From positions 1-24,788 of IMG/VR virus record IMGVR_UViG_3300025131_000398: a stretch of DNA of 24,788 bases. One strand, given 5' to 3'. This document shows, piece by piece, positions 5,659 through 15,662 of the stretch. The translations under genes and the position numbers were made by a program. How positions within the stretch are numbered: the first letter of the stretch is position 1; the number at the start of each line of letters is the position of its first letter. The notes under the pieces were generated by a model. The model ran no database searches. It was not told the DNA's origin and saw only the letters and a program-made list of their open reading frames with translations. This DNA comes from a virus. Its lineage: Duplodnaviria; Caudoviricetes.

Positions 5659-7392
5659 TTAGATTGTGTCTCTGATTGGGTCTTCGATGATGAGAAGTGA
5701 AAGGTTGATCTCGCCTTCCTGAATGCTCATGGTTTGGATAATGGAAAGCTGATTACTGAGGCGTATGCCGGTGTCTGAGATGGTGACGATATCGCCCGGC
5801 TGGAGCCAAGCAAGTTTGGTATCCACATTGTAGGACACCTCTCTGGGCTTTGTAGCCCGAGCGCGGGCCATCCATGAGACGACAACATCAGCCGTGGCCC
5901 GGTTGTAAAGAATTTTGGAATCAAACTCTACCGCTCTCTTGCCGTGTCGACCATGAGAGAAGCGAGCGTATGCGGTCGGCCAACCGGTCACTGATGGGTC
6001 AATGAATCCGGCGGCTATCCCATCATCTGACGCCTTGACGATGACGGCCCCATCAGTCAGGCCAGAGGCTGGCAGCTCTTCCGGCGCACCGTTGAGCGTT
6101 GTGTTGGACCTCGGCCTATCCTCTTGGAGGTCATGGGCAAAGTTCAATCTGATCTCGTTGGCGATGTCGATATCCTGATAGGTGACGCCGCTGGCCCGGT
6201 AGCAGTTGCCAGAGATGCTGCTGCCCTCCACGAGTTGATACACGGCATTCTCCGCCGTTGCATCTGTCTGCCATAGAATCGGATACAAGCCCTCTGATCC
6301 AGAGACACCTATTGAGATGGGCAGCAGTGGCATCACGTTGTCAACCAGCCACTCCCACGGGCTCACCCGCTCACCGATAAACCCGGCGACCTTATACGCC
6401 CCCACCTGTGAGGCTACTGCGTTGGTTCGTCCCTCATCGTATGTGATGGAGCTTTGCCGGAGCAGATAGCGCAACAGCTCGCCCGCGTCATTGAGGGCTT
6501 TGCCTGTCCGTGTCGGTAGCTGAGACGGGAACCCGCCGAGGGTGCCGTTCCACTTGATGTAATACTCGTGACCAAGCTCCGCCTTCACAGGGTGAGTGAC
6601 CACATGGTAAACGATCACAGCCACTGCACAGATACGACCAAGACCGTCTGCCTCGTGTGTCACATCAAACACAGCCTCTGTTAGGTCGGTTTTATCAACT
6701 ACTGTCACCGTGGTGGCTAAGACTCGATGCCCAGCGATCAATAGCTTCCCATCATTGATGGGTGGTGATGTGTTCTTCTGGACCAGATAGCCGGGAGTAG
6801 CTGGCACATCAATGTCCTTGCCGGTCGCGTCTTGCGTCTTCCCAGGCTTGCCAAACACAAACGGATAGACAGAGCCGAGCGCGTTATCGTCTGCGCTGGG
6901 CCACGTCTTAGTGCTGATAGTCGCACCAGGGTCTGGGAATAGGTTGTGATCGGTGAAGTCGTCTGACTCAATGGTGAAGCTTACTGGGTCTTCTTCCTCT
7001 GCATACTCAATGCCGGTGAGGCCACCGCGCAACATGACCACCCGATCCTCAAGGGCGGTGCCACGAACCCAAAGCGATAGCTCTGCTTCAGCGCTGGAGA
7101 GGTGATGACCACTCTGGGCAAGGCTGGCGATTGACACAGGAAATATCAACTCGACGCCAAGCGTCGGAACTGATGCATCTGTGTTGAACAGTTCAAAGCT
7201 GGTGCCATACTCGATCTCGTCCATGGTGCCGATGTAGCGGTGCGACACGCTGTCAGCGTCTACCACCGAGACGTTCTCTGTTGAGAAACGAAACACGCGA
7301 CCATTCAGATCCACCTGAAGAATCCAGAGGATGTCAGCCGTCTGAAGCGATGCCGGGCTTAGAATCCGGGCGATGTTTGCCAGGACTGCCAT
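5659..7392 (-). CDS. Tail tip / baseplate hub-like protein (about 577 aa)
   Basis: Second gene downstream of the tape measure; YPFVFGKP and the C-terminal LQPGDIVTISD motif typical of hub/Tal proteins; TGATG coupling. Confidence 0.7.
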   Translation of the reverse strand: MAVLANIARILSPASLQTADILWILQVDLNGRVFRFSTENVSVVDADSVSHRYIGTMDEIEYGTSFELFNTDASVPTLGVELIFPVSIASLAQSGHHLSSAEAELSLWVRGTALEDRVVMLRGGLTGIEYAEEEDPVSFTIESDDFTDHNLFPDPGATISTKTWPSADDNALGSVYPFVFGKPGKTQDATGKDIDVPATPGYLVQKNTSPPINDGKLLIAGHRVLATTVTVVDKTDLTEAVFDVTHEADGLGRICAVAVIVYHVVTHPVKAELGHEYYIKWNGTLGGFPSQLPTRTGKALNDAGELLRYLLRQSSITYDEGRTNAVASQVGAYKVAGFIGERVSPWEWLVDNVMPLLPISIGVSGSEGLYPILWQTDATAENAVYQLVEGSSISGNCYRASGVTYQDIDIANEIRLNFAHDLQEDRPRSNTTLNGAPEELPASGLTDGAVIVKASDDGIAAGFIDPSVTGWPTAYARFSHGRHGKRAVEFDSKILYNRATADVVVSWMARARATKPREVSYNVDTKLAWLQPGDIVTISDTGIRLSNQLSIIQTMSIQEGEINLSLLIIEDPIRDTI

Positions 7393-10300
7393 CAAATCTC
7401 TTCCTCAATGGTCAGGGCTCCGATGGTCATCAGCTCGCCCGCGTCCGGGTCGTCTTCCTCACCCAGCACCGTATCAAGCTCTACGTTTCCGAGGACGCGG
7501 CCATATAGGAACCTGTCCCGGCTCGTGGTCTGGTATACGCCGTTTGCAATGTCTGAGCCCGGCCCATACCCAGGCGCATCATCTGCGAAGGTCACGTTGG
7601 TCGCTGTGAGGTTCTTGGGGTTTGAGCCGGAGTCCGTCAGCGTTGGCAGCGTGTCACCGTCGCCCATCTTCCAATGATGCAGCGGCGTGTTACCGTTGAG
7701 GTTGGCGCTTGCGCTGCCTGGGGTTCCGTGGTTGAACACGCGCCGAACCTCGGACACATCAAGAGCCTTGCCCCAGATGGTCATGTCGTCCAGGTTCGCC
7801 AAGAGGCCACCAGACGAACCGCCGACACGGAACACAGTGCCGCTCTGAATGGTGGAGGCTATCGTGGTGCCGTTCTGGGTGTGAGACTGCGCGATGCCGT
7901 CAACGTAGATGGCCAGACCATTCACCGAGGAGAGCCCGTCATACGAGCACACTACGTGGTGCCAAGCGTCATCGTCGAACGTGTCAATGTTTGTGTTGAT
8001 TCGGATCTCGTTGGTCGAGTCATCCTCGATTCTCCAAGACACCTCTGCCGGGTCTGCCCCATAGAAGGAGAGGCTGTATCCGGTCGCGGTGGTTGATACC
8101 TGCTTGTCGATGATGCGATGCCAGATGGTGCTTACCGTCGTGCGCCGAAACCAGAACGAGATCGAGAAGGCGTCGGTTCGCTCAAAGTTCGCACAGGTCG
8201 CATCTGCTGATGCGGCATGGGCCGAGCCGTTAAAGGCGGCGCTCTTTGATGATGAAGAGGTAGGCTCAAACCTGGGTACGTTTGCGAGATACACCACAGG
8301 CACCGCCGAGCCGTCAACGCCCTCGACGATGCCGCGCATCGTGGCGGGCGTATTGCCCTTAGAGGCGACGACAGCCGCGCCGGTATCGCCTGACACCTTG
8401 TAGTAGTCTGGGAAGGGATACAGCCCCGATATGGGCGACACGTCCACAGGCTCAGACCAACCGAACGCCACGCTCCTCCGAGATGGGCCAAGCACCCGCG
8501 CTGCCCTGGTGCCGTCTCGCGTTGTGGTGAGCTGCGTGTTGGTGGTGGTCGCAAGGTTCCGCGCCCAGGAGTAGTCATGCGCCAGGAGGTGCGCCTGCCC
8601 AATCACCACAGAGCCAATCTTGAAATACCCGTCTGGCGTGGTCTGCGCGTCAATAACAAGCTTGAGCTTCGTGTATTTGTTCGCCACGCCAGAAGCGACA
8701 CCCAGCAAGCGCGGTGCCCAGATATTGCACAGCCCATTAGCAGGCTCTGTGCCGTCTGCTCCACCGATACGCAGAGACGGAAGTTGGACCGTGTCTTGGG
8801 TGCGCCAGATGCCTGCCGCGTTGTCTGTGATGGTGCGGAACTTGGAGGAGCCCAGGTCAACCACGCCATCGCGCATCTCGTTTTCATGGATGTACCGCGT
8901 ACCGCTGGCGGCCTCTCCGTCTGTCTTGACGGTGATGGTGTCGTCCACCCGGTTGTAGGGAAGCTCCAAGAACTCAGCCGCAGCATCGAGGCTCATCAAT
9001 GTTGCCCAGGTAGAGCCTGACTCGTTCCAGCCTGACAGCGTAGCGGTGCGCCAGTTGATACCCTCAAGCAGAATGCCCAGGGTGTCATAGGCAATCAGGG
9101 ACTCCAGATCCCATACCAGGGTGTGCGCCGTGAGTGCAGTAGAGCGCCACTCTGTGCGCGGGCTTGGAAAGCTCAGCGGGTACACATGGTCAAGCGGATA
9201 TGTGTATCGAGTATCCACGTTCCAAGAGTCATCGCGCCACGCTGGCCCGTCGACGGCTGCTAACTTCAAGCCATCATTGATCCACATTGGAGAGGCCCGG
9301 AATGGCTTGGGCAGGAGGTCGGTAGGGTTTGTCTGCCCGGCGGCAAGTTGATCTCCTGTGTTTCCAACAATGGAGCCGCAGAAGTTTACGCTATACCAGT
9401 GTGAATCAGAGGAGACGCTTGCTGTTGCTCCGTCAATGGCCCCAAAGTTGACGATGCCGTCAATAGCCGATCCGGTGTTTGTCATCGTTTGATTCGTCAG
9501 TACAGGCACCCAAACCCGGTCATCTGTCTGCGTCGTGTGATTGATGATCCGATACCATGCCGACGCCTTGCCAGTGCCCGCCGTTGTCTCACGCATGGCA
9601 AACAGAATCTGAACCCCATTTGTTGTATCAATGCCGGTCGTGGTCGCAAGGGTCGAACCGGCCTCGATGTCTTGCCACAGAATCTTGCTCTCGCCCAAAG
9701 CGGCCCGGAGTTTGTAGCCTCTCGCCGTCGAACCATCCCCCACATGGAGATCCAGTATGACGGTGGTATCTGTTGCCGGGTCTGGCGCATCAACTACCTT
9801 GAGGTCGGCCAGAACGATAGCGCCGCTGTCCAGGTTCATGGTGCTGAAGGTTTCGCGGTAGTAGGCATCATCGGCACCACTTGGCCCGCTTTGGATGCGA
9901 AGGTATCCGTGGCTCAGTGTTGCCGCTCCGGCACCAGCCACAAAGCTCACCCATCCCACGTTGGCAGGGTCTTCGATTGGATACCAGTTGCGATCCCAAC
10001 CCACCCGCCGAGTCTCACGCGAGAATGCTGATACACGGGGCATCGTGACCGTTGAGTAGCCGCCCAGGTAGATCACGTCTAATGATGTCTTATAGAGGCT
10101 CGCCGGGCTGTGTGCGGCCTCTCTGTTGCAGACCATCAATGAGCGCCCGCCTTGTGCGACACAGGCAAAGTCTCGCGGGTACGTGTCATCGTCGAACAGT
10201 GTTACCAAGTTTCCCGCATCAGCAGCGCCACCACTTGGCGAGAGATTGTAGCCGCACGCGGCCCACGTTTGCCCATGGTCGCGAGATACCGACATCACAA

Positions 10301-11516
10301 CCGGGCGCCCAGCGTTAGCCGTGATCTGGCTCAGACCATACAGTGCGCCATCGTCATCAACCCAGAGCGCCACGTTGCCAATCACGAGCCTATTCGGATT
10401 GCCGCCCGTCGTGGTCATCTCAGTCTCGACACCTGGAACCATCCGCTTGGCGGCGTCATACCGAAACGGAATAAACGCCGAACCGCTGCGCCTGACCACG
10501 CTCTGGTTTGTCGTTGCGTCCAGATAGGCCAGTATCAGAAACCCGCCCGACACCTCAAGGTCTGGGCTGGCACCGGGCACAGCGCCGGAAGCCACATCGA
10601 TAGGCCACAGATCAACAAGCGAAAAAGAAAAGCCATAATCATCAGATGCGTATTGCCACAACTCGTCTGCATATGTGCCCGTCCCGAGCGCTCCATTTAC
10701 GTATCCACTTATCACCAAGGAGATTTGCCCGTTCAGCAACTTGGCGCGGCAGCGGTTGAGCGTATACCCAGCATTGCTATTCGTTGTGGGGATACCGTCT
10801 GGCAGCAGGTTCTCACCACCAAGCGACCATGTGGCGCCCTCATCGTCTGAGTACCAGAAGTCCACCTGGGCGCTCACATCAAGTGCGCTCTTGCGGTAGA
10901 GGGCAAAGCACAGCAGGCGACCACTGGGTAGCTCTACCAGGGTCGGGTGATATGCGACATCCACCCCAACCACCCCGGAGAGGTTGGTGCGCTCTGTCAC
11001 TTTTACTGCTGTATCCCAGGCATAATCAGCCGGGTCGAGCACCTGCGTGTAGAGCTGCCGATCTGCTGATACAGCGGCGGCAGCGTATGAGATGTTGCAG
11101 GCGACTACCACCTTTCCATTTGATAGCGTGATGGCGTGAGGATTGATGGCGCCCTGTGGCACAATCGCGCTGACAGATGTGGACGTGGCCCCAACCAGAT
11201 TCTGCCAGGATGAGATAGCTGTTGGGAAGTCACAGCCACGATAGAGTGTCGCCGCGTCGGTGCTGTTCTTCCAGACGAATCCGGCCTGACCCACGATAGG
11301 AAACCCGCCACGGTTTGCCTTTACATTGAGCGCACCGGCAGCAGCCTGGGTTCCGCTCGACTGCAACACCAAGTCTGTATTGCGTTGGGCTTCTGGCACG
11401 CCGGGCAGGTTGCCAGCCTCGGAGTATGTGCTGTTGGCTTTGTCAATGGTGGCCGACTTCACACGCGCATCTGGCACGAGCAAACCGCGAAAGGATGATT
11501 TGATAATCTCAGCCAC
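7392..11516 (-). CDS. Large tail protein (Dit position) with Asp-box beta-propeller and LamG/concanavalin-like domain
   Basis: Three Asp-boxes (YSDDEGATW, ASDDYGFSF, VSRDHGQTW); LamG signature FSISFWFR...WHHVVCSYDG...IYVDG...LDDMTIWGKAL; directly after the tape measure. Confidence 0.8.
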   Translation of the reverse strand: MAEIIKSSFRGLLVPDARVKSATIDKANSTYSEAGNLPGVPEAQRNTDLVLQSSGTQAAAGALNVKANRGGFPIVGQAGFVWKNSTDAATLYRGCDFPTAISSWQNLVGATSTSVSAIVPQGAINPHAITLSNGKVVVACNISYAAAAVSADRQLYTQVLDPADYAWDTAVKVTERTNLSGVVGVDVAYHPTLVELPSGRLLCFALYRKSALDVSAQVDFWYSDDEGATWSLGGENLLPDGIPTTNSNAGYTLNRCRAKLLNGQISLVISGYVNGALGTGTYADELWQYASDDYGFSFSLVDLWPIDVASGAVPGASPDLEVSGGFLILAYLDATTNQSVVRRSGSAFIPFRYDAAKRMVPGVETEMTTTGGNPNRLVIGNVALWVDDDGALYGLSQITANAGRPVVMSVSRDHGQTWAACGYNLSPSGGAADAGNLVTLFDDDTYPRDFACVAQGGRSLMVCNREAAHSPASLYKTSLDVIYLGGYSTVTMPRVSAFSRETRRVGWDRNWYPIEDPANVGWVSFVAGAGAATLSHGYLRIQSGPSGADDAYYRETFSTMNLDSGAIVLADLKVVDAPDPATDTTVILDLHVGDGSTARGYKLRAALGESKILWQDIEAGSTLATTTGIDTTNGVQILFAMRETTAGTGKASAWYRIINHTTQTDDRVWVPVLTNQTMTNTGSAIDGIVNFGAIDGATASVSSDSHWYSVNFCGSIVGNTGDQLAAGQTNPTDLLPKPFRASPMWINDGLKLAAVDGPAWRDDSWNVDTRYTYPLDHVYPLSFPSPRTEWRSTALTAHTLVWDLESLIAYDTLGILLEGINWRTATLSGWNESGSTWATLMSLDAAAEFLELPYNRVDDTITVKTDGEAASGTRYIHENEMRDGVVDLGSSKFRTITDNAAGIWRTQDTVQLPSLRIGGADGTEPANGLCNIWAPRLLGVASGVANKYTKLKLVIDAQTTPDGYFKIGSVVIGQAHLLAHDYSWARNLATTTNTQLTTTRDGTRAARVLGPSRRSVAFGWSEPVDVSPISGLYPFPDYYKVSGDTGAAVVASKGNTPATMRGIVEGVDGSAVPVVYLANVPRFEPTSSSSKSAAFNGSAHAASADATCANFERTDAFSISFWFRRTTVSTIWHRIIDKQVSTTATGYSLSFYGADPAEVSWRIEDDSTNEIRINTNIDTFDDDAWHHVVCSYDGLSSVNGLAIYVDGIAQSHTQNGTTIASTIQSGTVFRVGGSSGGLLANLDDMTIWGKALDVSEVRRVFNHGTPGSASANLNGNTPLHHWKMGDGDTLPTLTDSGSNPKNLTATNVTFADDAPGYGPGSDIANGVYQTTSRDRFLYGRVLGNVELDTVLGEEDDPDAGELMTIGALTIEEEI

Positions 11517-13563
11517 TCCTGTACGCCCTCCCGCGGGTCATTCCGCCCACTGCTATCGCCGCACGAAGAAACGACTTCGGGCGCTTCAAATCTGCCGCTA
11601 TGAACTTGTCGAACTGCTTGTGCCCGAGCGTCACCTGGACCATCACAGGCCTGCTCTCAAGCGCTCCTACAATCTGCCCAGCAAGATCGCCTGTGTTGGC
11701 GGCTATCTGGCCGAGTTGCCCGCTGATGTCGCCGTTGTTGAGCGCATCAATACCAGCCTTGCCACCAAGACCGGCGGTGGTGCCTGCCGTCAAGACACCC
11801 TCTCCACCGTGAGCAGTGATGGGCACAGCGCCTGAGCCGGGCACCATTCCACCAGTCGCAAACGATGGCGCGGGCGTGGAGGCAATAGCGCCCACCTGTA
11901 CGCCCGTGGCAACGATAGCGGCAGCAGCCAGCGGCACACCAGCAGGAAAGCCATAGGTTGCCATGGTCTTGGCTGCGGAGGCGTACCCGTCAATCAGAGC
12001 CTGGGCTACCGATGCGGCTTGCGTGATTCCGAACTGCATCATCGCTTGGTCTTTTTGCTGGTCGGTCATCTGGTCGCCATGGGCCATCAGGGCATTCATG
12101 CGGGCTGATGATATGTCGATAAGGGCGGTGCTCATCTCTGAGCCATAGGAGATGGCAAGGTCACGGCTGGCCTGCCAGCTACCCTGCTTGGCTGACTGGA
12201 TGTCTTCCTCTGCCTTGATGGCGTCGGCCTTCATCTTCTCGCGATGCTCTAGATTGGCCTGCTCCATCTCCTCATAGGCGACCAATTCCTCTTCTTTGAA
12301 TCGGTCGCGGATCGCCTTCTTGTCTTCCTCAAATCGTTGTTCTGCAAACTTCGCGCTGTCTTGGTACATCTGCACGGTGGATTGAAGTTCAGCGATCCGG
12401 GCTATATCCGCTGCGAGGCCCCGATCTTTGAGCTGGGCGATCTCTTCCTGGCCTGCCTCGACTATCGCCGCAGACGCTGCTTGCTCCGATTGAAGCATCT
12501 GCCTGCGTTCTTCCACCATTGCCGCTGCGGCCTTTCGCACCTTATCGACCGCATCACCCTCTTCTTGCTCGATGTGCATCAGGTCGCGGGTTGCCTTCCA
12601 CGCCCCCCTCAGTGCTTCCACCTCGGCGTCTATGGTGCTGACGATTTCCTTGGACTCCTTGTCTCCTTCTTTCTTGCCTTTTGTTAGTTCGCGGGTTTGC
12701 TCGTTGGCTTCAATCATCGCGCCAGTCAATTCGTCGTACTTGGTGATTTCCGACTCGAGCGATTCCACCAGTTGGCGGGCATTATTTAGGCGATCCAGAT
12801 CTGGCTTGATGGCCTTTTCCCTGAGCTTGGTGTCCTTGTGCTGCATGCTGGCAACTGAGCGTGATAGCTTGAATCGATCTTCTGCCAGCTTGAGATCATC
12901 CCGTGCCGTCTGGAGTTTCTCCTGCGCCGCTTGCTTCTCCGGCGCGAACAACGCAAGCGCGTCCTTCCTGGCAATGATGTTCGCCATCTCGGTCTTGGTC
13001 ATCTTGCCCTGGGCGACCAAGAGCCCCATTGTTGCTATCTTGACCTTGGCGAACTTCGGCAGCAGGCTTGTAAGCCTTGCCTCTTGCGCCTCAATCTTCT
13101 CATTGGCGTCTTTGAGTTCTTTACTCAACAGGAAGTAAGCGCCACCCATCGCGGCCACGGTGGCAGTCACAGCCAGCACTGCCGGATTCAGCACTGCCGA
13201 CAACGCGCCGCCCTGGAGCTTGGTCATTCTGACGGCACCCTCGGCAGCGCCAGCCATGTCGCCCAGTCCACGCGCCGCCGTACCCAGGCGCGGATCTATG
13301 AAGTCAAGCGCGGCACCCAGCGCGGCAGCACTGGAGGACATCTCACCGAACTCATCCTTCGTGTTCTCGGCTGAGTCTGACAGCTTAGCCATGCGGCGCG
13401 AGTTGCTGACCATCTTGGTGCCAGCCTTGTCGACACCCTTGCCAGCCTTGGCCGCGCTCCCGCCTACATCTCCCAGGGCTTTGGCGGCGCGGGCTGATGC
13501 GTTCTCAAGATCGGAGGAGTCACCCGCAATCTTGATCTTGATTTCGCCGCCGTCTCTTGCCAT
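11509..13563 (-). CDS. Tail tape measure protein, 684 aa
   Basis: N-terminal IKIKIAGDSSDL, long Ala-rich helical/coiled-coil body, hydrophobic patches, C-terminal FATGG.VPG....VPITAHGGEGVL; follows the chaperone genes. Confidence 0.9.
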   Translation of the reverse strand: MARDGGEIKIKIAGDSSDLENASARAAKALGDVGGSAAKAGKGVDKAGTKMVSNSRRMAKLSDSAENTKDEFGEMSSSAAALGAALDFIDPRLGTAARGLGDMAGAAEGAVRMTKLQGGALSAVLNPAVLAVTATVAAMGGAYFLLSKELKDANEKIEAQEARLTSLLPKFAKVKIATMGLLVAQGKMTKTEMANIIARKDALALFAPEKQAAQEKLQTARDDLKLAEDRFKLSRSVASMQHKDTKLREKAIKPDLDRLNNARQLVESLESEITKYDELTGAMIEANEQTRELTKGKKEGDKESKEIVSTIDAEVEALRGAWKATRDLMHIEQEEGDAVDKVRKAAAAMVEERRQMLQSEQAASAAIVEAGQEEIAQLKDRGLAADIARIAELQSTVQMYQDSAKFAEQRFEEDKKAIRDRFKEEELVAYEEMEQANLEHREKMKADAIKAEEDIQSAKQGSWQASRDLAISYGSEMSTALIDISSARMNALMAHGDQMTDQQKDQAMMQFGITQAASVAQALIDGYASAAKTMATYGFPAGVPLAAAAIVATGVQVGAIASTPAPSFATGGMVPGSGAVPITAHGGEGVLTAGTTAGLGGKAGIDALNNGDISGQLGQIAANTGDLAGQIVGALESRPVMVQVTLGHKQFDKFIAADLKRPKSFLRAAIAVGGMTRGRAYRSG

Positions 13564-13567
13564 TTCA

Positions 13568-13795
13568 TTACCCGTGTTTCTTTAGGTAGTTTTCTCGCCG
13601 TCTGTCCATCTCTCGCGTCTTGGCTTTCTTCGCTTCCCGCTTTGCTTTTTCAGGTGTCTCATACGTCAAATGCAAGTCAGCGAGGAGGCGGGCCTGTATC
13701 TGCTTCGGCTGTGTCGAGAACCATCCAGGCTCCCTATTCCACCGACGCTCCACAGCCAGGATGTCACGGTCTATCCCTCCGCGCTGACCACGGAA
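13568..13795 (-). CDS. Tail assembly chaperone, -1 frame extension (gpT-like part of the gpGT fusion)
   Basis: The -1 frame is open from the slippery site G GAT TTT to the stop at 13568: FRGQRGGIDRDILAVERRWNREPGWF... Confidence 0.75.
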   Translation of the reverse strand, partial: FRGQRGGIDRDILAVERRWNREPGWFSTQPKQIQARLLADLHLTYETPEKAKREAKKAKTREMDRRRENYLKKHG

Positions 13796-14157
13796 AAATC
13801 CTTAGCCGCCTCGACCTCTCCCGCAGACGGTAGGCATCCATAAACCTGGGTGATAATGCTGTTGCCGTGATCGTAAATGGGACCAAGATCCACCTTCTGG
13901 TTTGCGAGCCAGTGCATCACGACTCCGCCATATGCGACCGGATCACCCTCCGACAGGTCATACTCAGGCGGGCGCCTGCCCTCGTTGGTGCTGGCCCAAC
14001 AAATCCCCAATGCGGCACAGCACAACCGCGCCAGCTTTGAGTGTTTGCCTCTGACATTGCCATACACATTCACAAGGTCATAGACCGCAGCGAATGAGCG
14101 CGGTGGCTCAAGTTGAATCTGCCCCAGGGGCGGAAGGTTGATCGGTTCCATGTCCAT
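13771..14157 (-). CDS. Tail assembly chaperone (gpG-like), 128 aa
   Basis: Between tail tube and tape measure; AGGAG RBS; ends in KDF at a slippery sequence. Confidence 0.75.
   Translation of the reverse strand: MDMEPINLPPLGQIQLEPPRSFAAVYDLVNVYGNVRGKHSKLARLCCAALGICWASTNEGRRPPEYDLSEGDPVAYGGVVMHWLANQKVDLGPIYDHGNSIITQVYGCLPSAGEVEAAKDFSVVSAEG
13795..13801 (-). other. Programmed -1 ribosomal frameshift site GGATTTT
   Basis: AAG GAT TTT TCC in frame 0; a -1 slip joins the downstream ORF, predicting a 196-aa fusion. Confidence 0.75.
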
Positions 14158-14184
14158 GTTTGCTCCTGCTGAAAGCGAAACGGT

Positions 14185-14676
14185 TTATGCGCTGATGCCG
14201 CCGTAGGTGATGCCGCCATAGACTTCACCGGTCACATTGATCACGTTCGGATCTCCTTCGGAGAAGTCCCACTTCATCAAAACGCGAGTGAAGGACGCCG
14301 TCGAATCGGCCTGATCGCCGTGGTTAGTTCCCTCAATTGTGACGCGAACATCAAGCATGTAGGGCTCAAAGCCGGTGCCGCCTGTGGAGGTCCAGCCCTT
14401 CTCATTGTCGAGCACGCCGCACAGGTTGTCGACGGTGCTGTTTGTGAACTCGCGCATGTGGACGGAGAAGCTCAACGAGCCTACCGGGTCGTCCGTCTTG
14501 CGAAGCCCAACGATAGAGCCACGGTCGCGGATCACAACCGTCTCGGCTTGCTCCGCTCCGTTGTCAAAGGTAAAGTTGCCATCTTCATAATCGACGACAA
14601 GTGTGTTGCTTGCCCCCGAGTCGTAGATGCTGATGGTTCCGTCCCTTCGGACTTTGACGACATTTGTGATTGCCAT
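14185..14676 (-). CDS. Major tail (tube) protein, 163 aa
   Basis: AAGGAG RBS; acidic beta-rich sequence with GSLSFSVHM; synteny before chaperone and tape measure. Confidence 0.75.
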   Translation of the reverse strand: MAITNVVKVRRDGTISIYDSGASNTLVVDYEDGNFTFDNGAEQAETVVIRDRGSIVGLRKTDDPVGSLSFSVHMREFTNSTVDNLCGVLDNEKGWTSTGGTGFEPYMLDVRVTIEGTNHGDQADSTASFTRVLMKWDFSEGDPNVINVTGEVYGGITYGGISA

Positions 14677-14685
14677 GATGACTCC

Positions 14686-15174
14686 TTATCGTGTGATTTC
14701 TACGAAGACTGCTTCAGAACTGATGTTCTGTCTGAGGGTTTTACGGGTGCCATTGTTGGCGAGAGCTTCAAGCGCGGCCTCTGCCATACGCTCACGAAGA
14801 AGGGGCAGGCTATCCAGCACACCAGCCAAGACCTCATGCCAAGCGGGCGTGCCCTTCTTGCCTACACGATGGATATAGCCCGTGTACATGTCGCCGCTAT
14901 GTGGGTCGCGGGCTTTGTTCTCAAGCACCAAGAGCTGTCCATCACCCGTGCCGGTGACAACGCCTTCCCAGCCATCGCGTGAGGTTCCCTTGCGCCCGTA
15001 GTATTTGCGGGCTGGGCTGTACTGCGTGCCGTACATCCAGCCGTGCCACTTGCCTCTGGCCATCTGGTTGAGGTCGTCGGCGTGCTTCTTCAAAACCAAC
15101 CGCTCCTCTTCAAAGAAGTCTTGGCCAAGCTCCAGGCTGATACCGTCAAGCGTGATCTCTACGTTGGAGCCCAT
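14686..15174 (-). CDS. HK97 gp10-like neck/tail-completion protein, paralog 2
   Basis: Start ATG 15174 by TGATG coupling; motif order (W..GTS..W..L.N..Y..+H..G..PA..EV) mirrors the upstream gene. Confidence 0.55.
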   Translation of the reverse strand: MGSNVEITLDGISLELGQDFFEEERLVLKKHADDLNQMARGKWHGWMYGTQYSPARKYYGRKGTSRDGWEGVVTGTGDGQLLVLENKARDPHSGDMYTGYIHRVGKKGTPAWHEVLAGVLDSLPLLRERMAEAALEALANNGTRKTLRQNISSEAVFVEITR

Positions 15175-15662
15175 CAGATCGCCAGCCATTGTGAGTAGAT
15201 GTCGTCAAAGGTCTGCACCGCCTGCACAAGTCCCATCTTCGGCTTCTTGGCAAGCTCCGCTTCGGTGCGGATTATCTCACGCGCCATATCGGCATACAGC
15301 CGGTCCCCGTACTTGTCCCAGGCTTCAGGGACCACTTCCTCATAGACGGCGGGCGTGAGCCATCTACCGTGCCTTCCAGGGGCTTTGGGACTGCCTCTGT
15401 AGTGCACGAATGAGGCGTACCACATACGGTTGGTGAGGTTGATGGCGTAGTTGCCTTCGACCGTATCGAGACGCCAGGACCAAGCAGCGCTGCTGGTGCC
15501 TGTGTCAACCGGCCACTGCTCGCGAACATACGAGACAATGTCTCGGGCGTATCGCTCAAGGATCTTCTCTTCCCTGGGCGCGAGGCGGCGCGAGGTTTTA
15601 TGTTTCAGCTTGACCATGCCCTCAAGGCGTTGCAGCTTGATGCGATAGTTGATGGCTGACAT
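15174..15662 (-). CDS. HK97 gp10-like neck/tail-completion protein
   Basis: PVDTG motif and N...YASFVHY.G, characteristic of the family; position in the connector module. Confidence 0.7.
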   Translation of the reverse strand: MSAINYRIKLQRLEGMVKLKHKTSRRLAPREEKILERYARDIVSYVREQWPVDTGTSSAAWSWRLDTVEGNYAINLTNRMWYASFVHYRGSPKAPGRHGRWLTPAVYEEVVPEAWDKYGDRLYADMAREIIRTEAELAKKPKMGLVQAVQTFDDIYSQWLAI

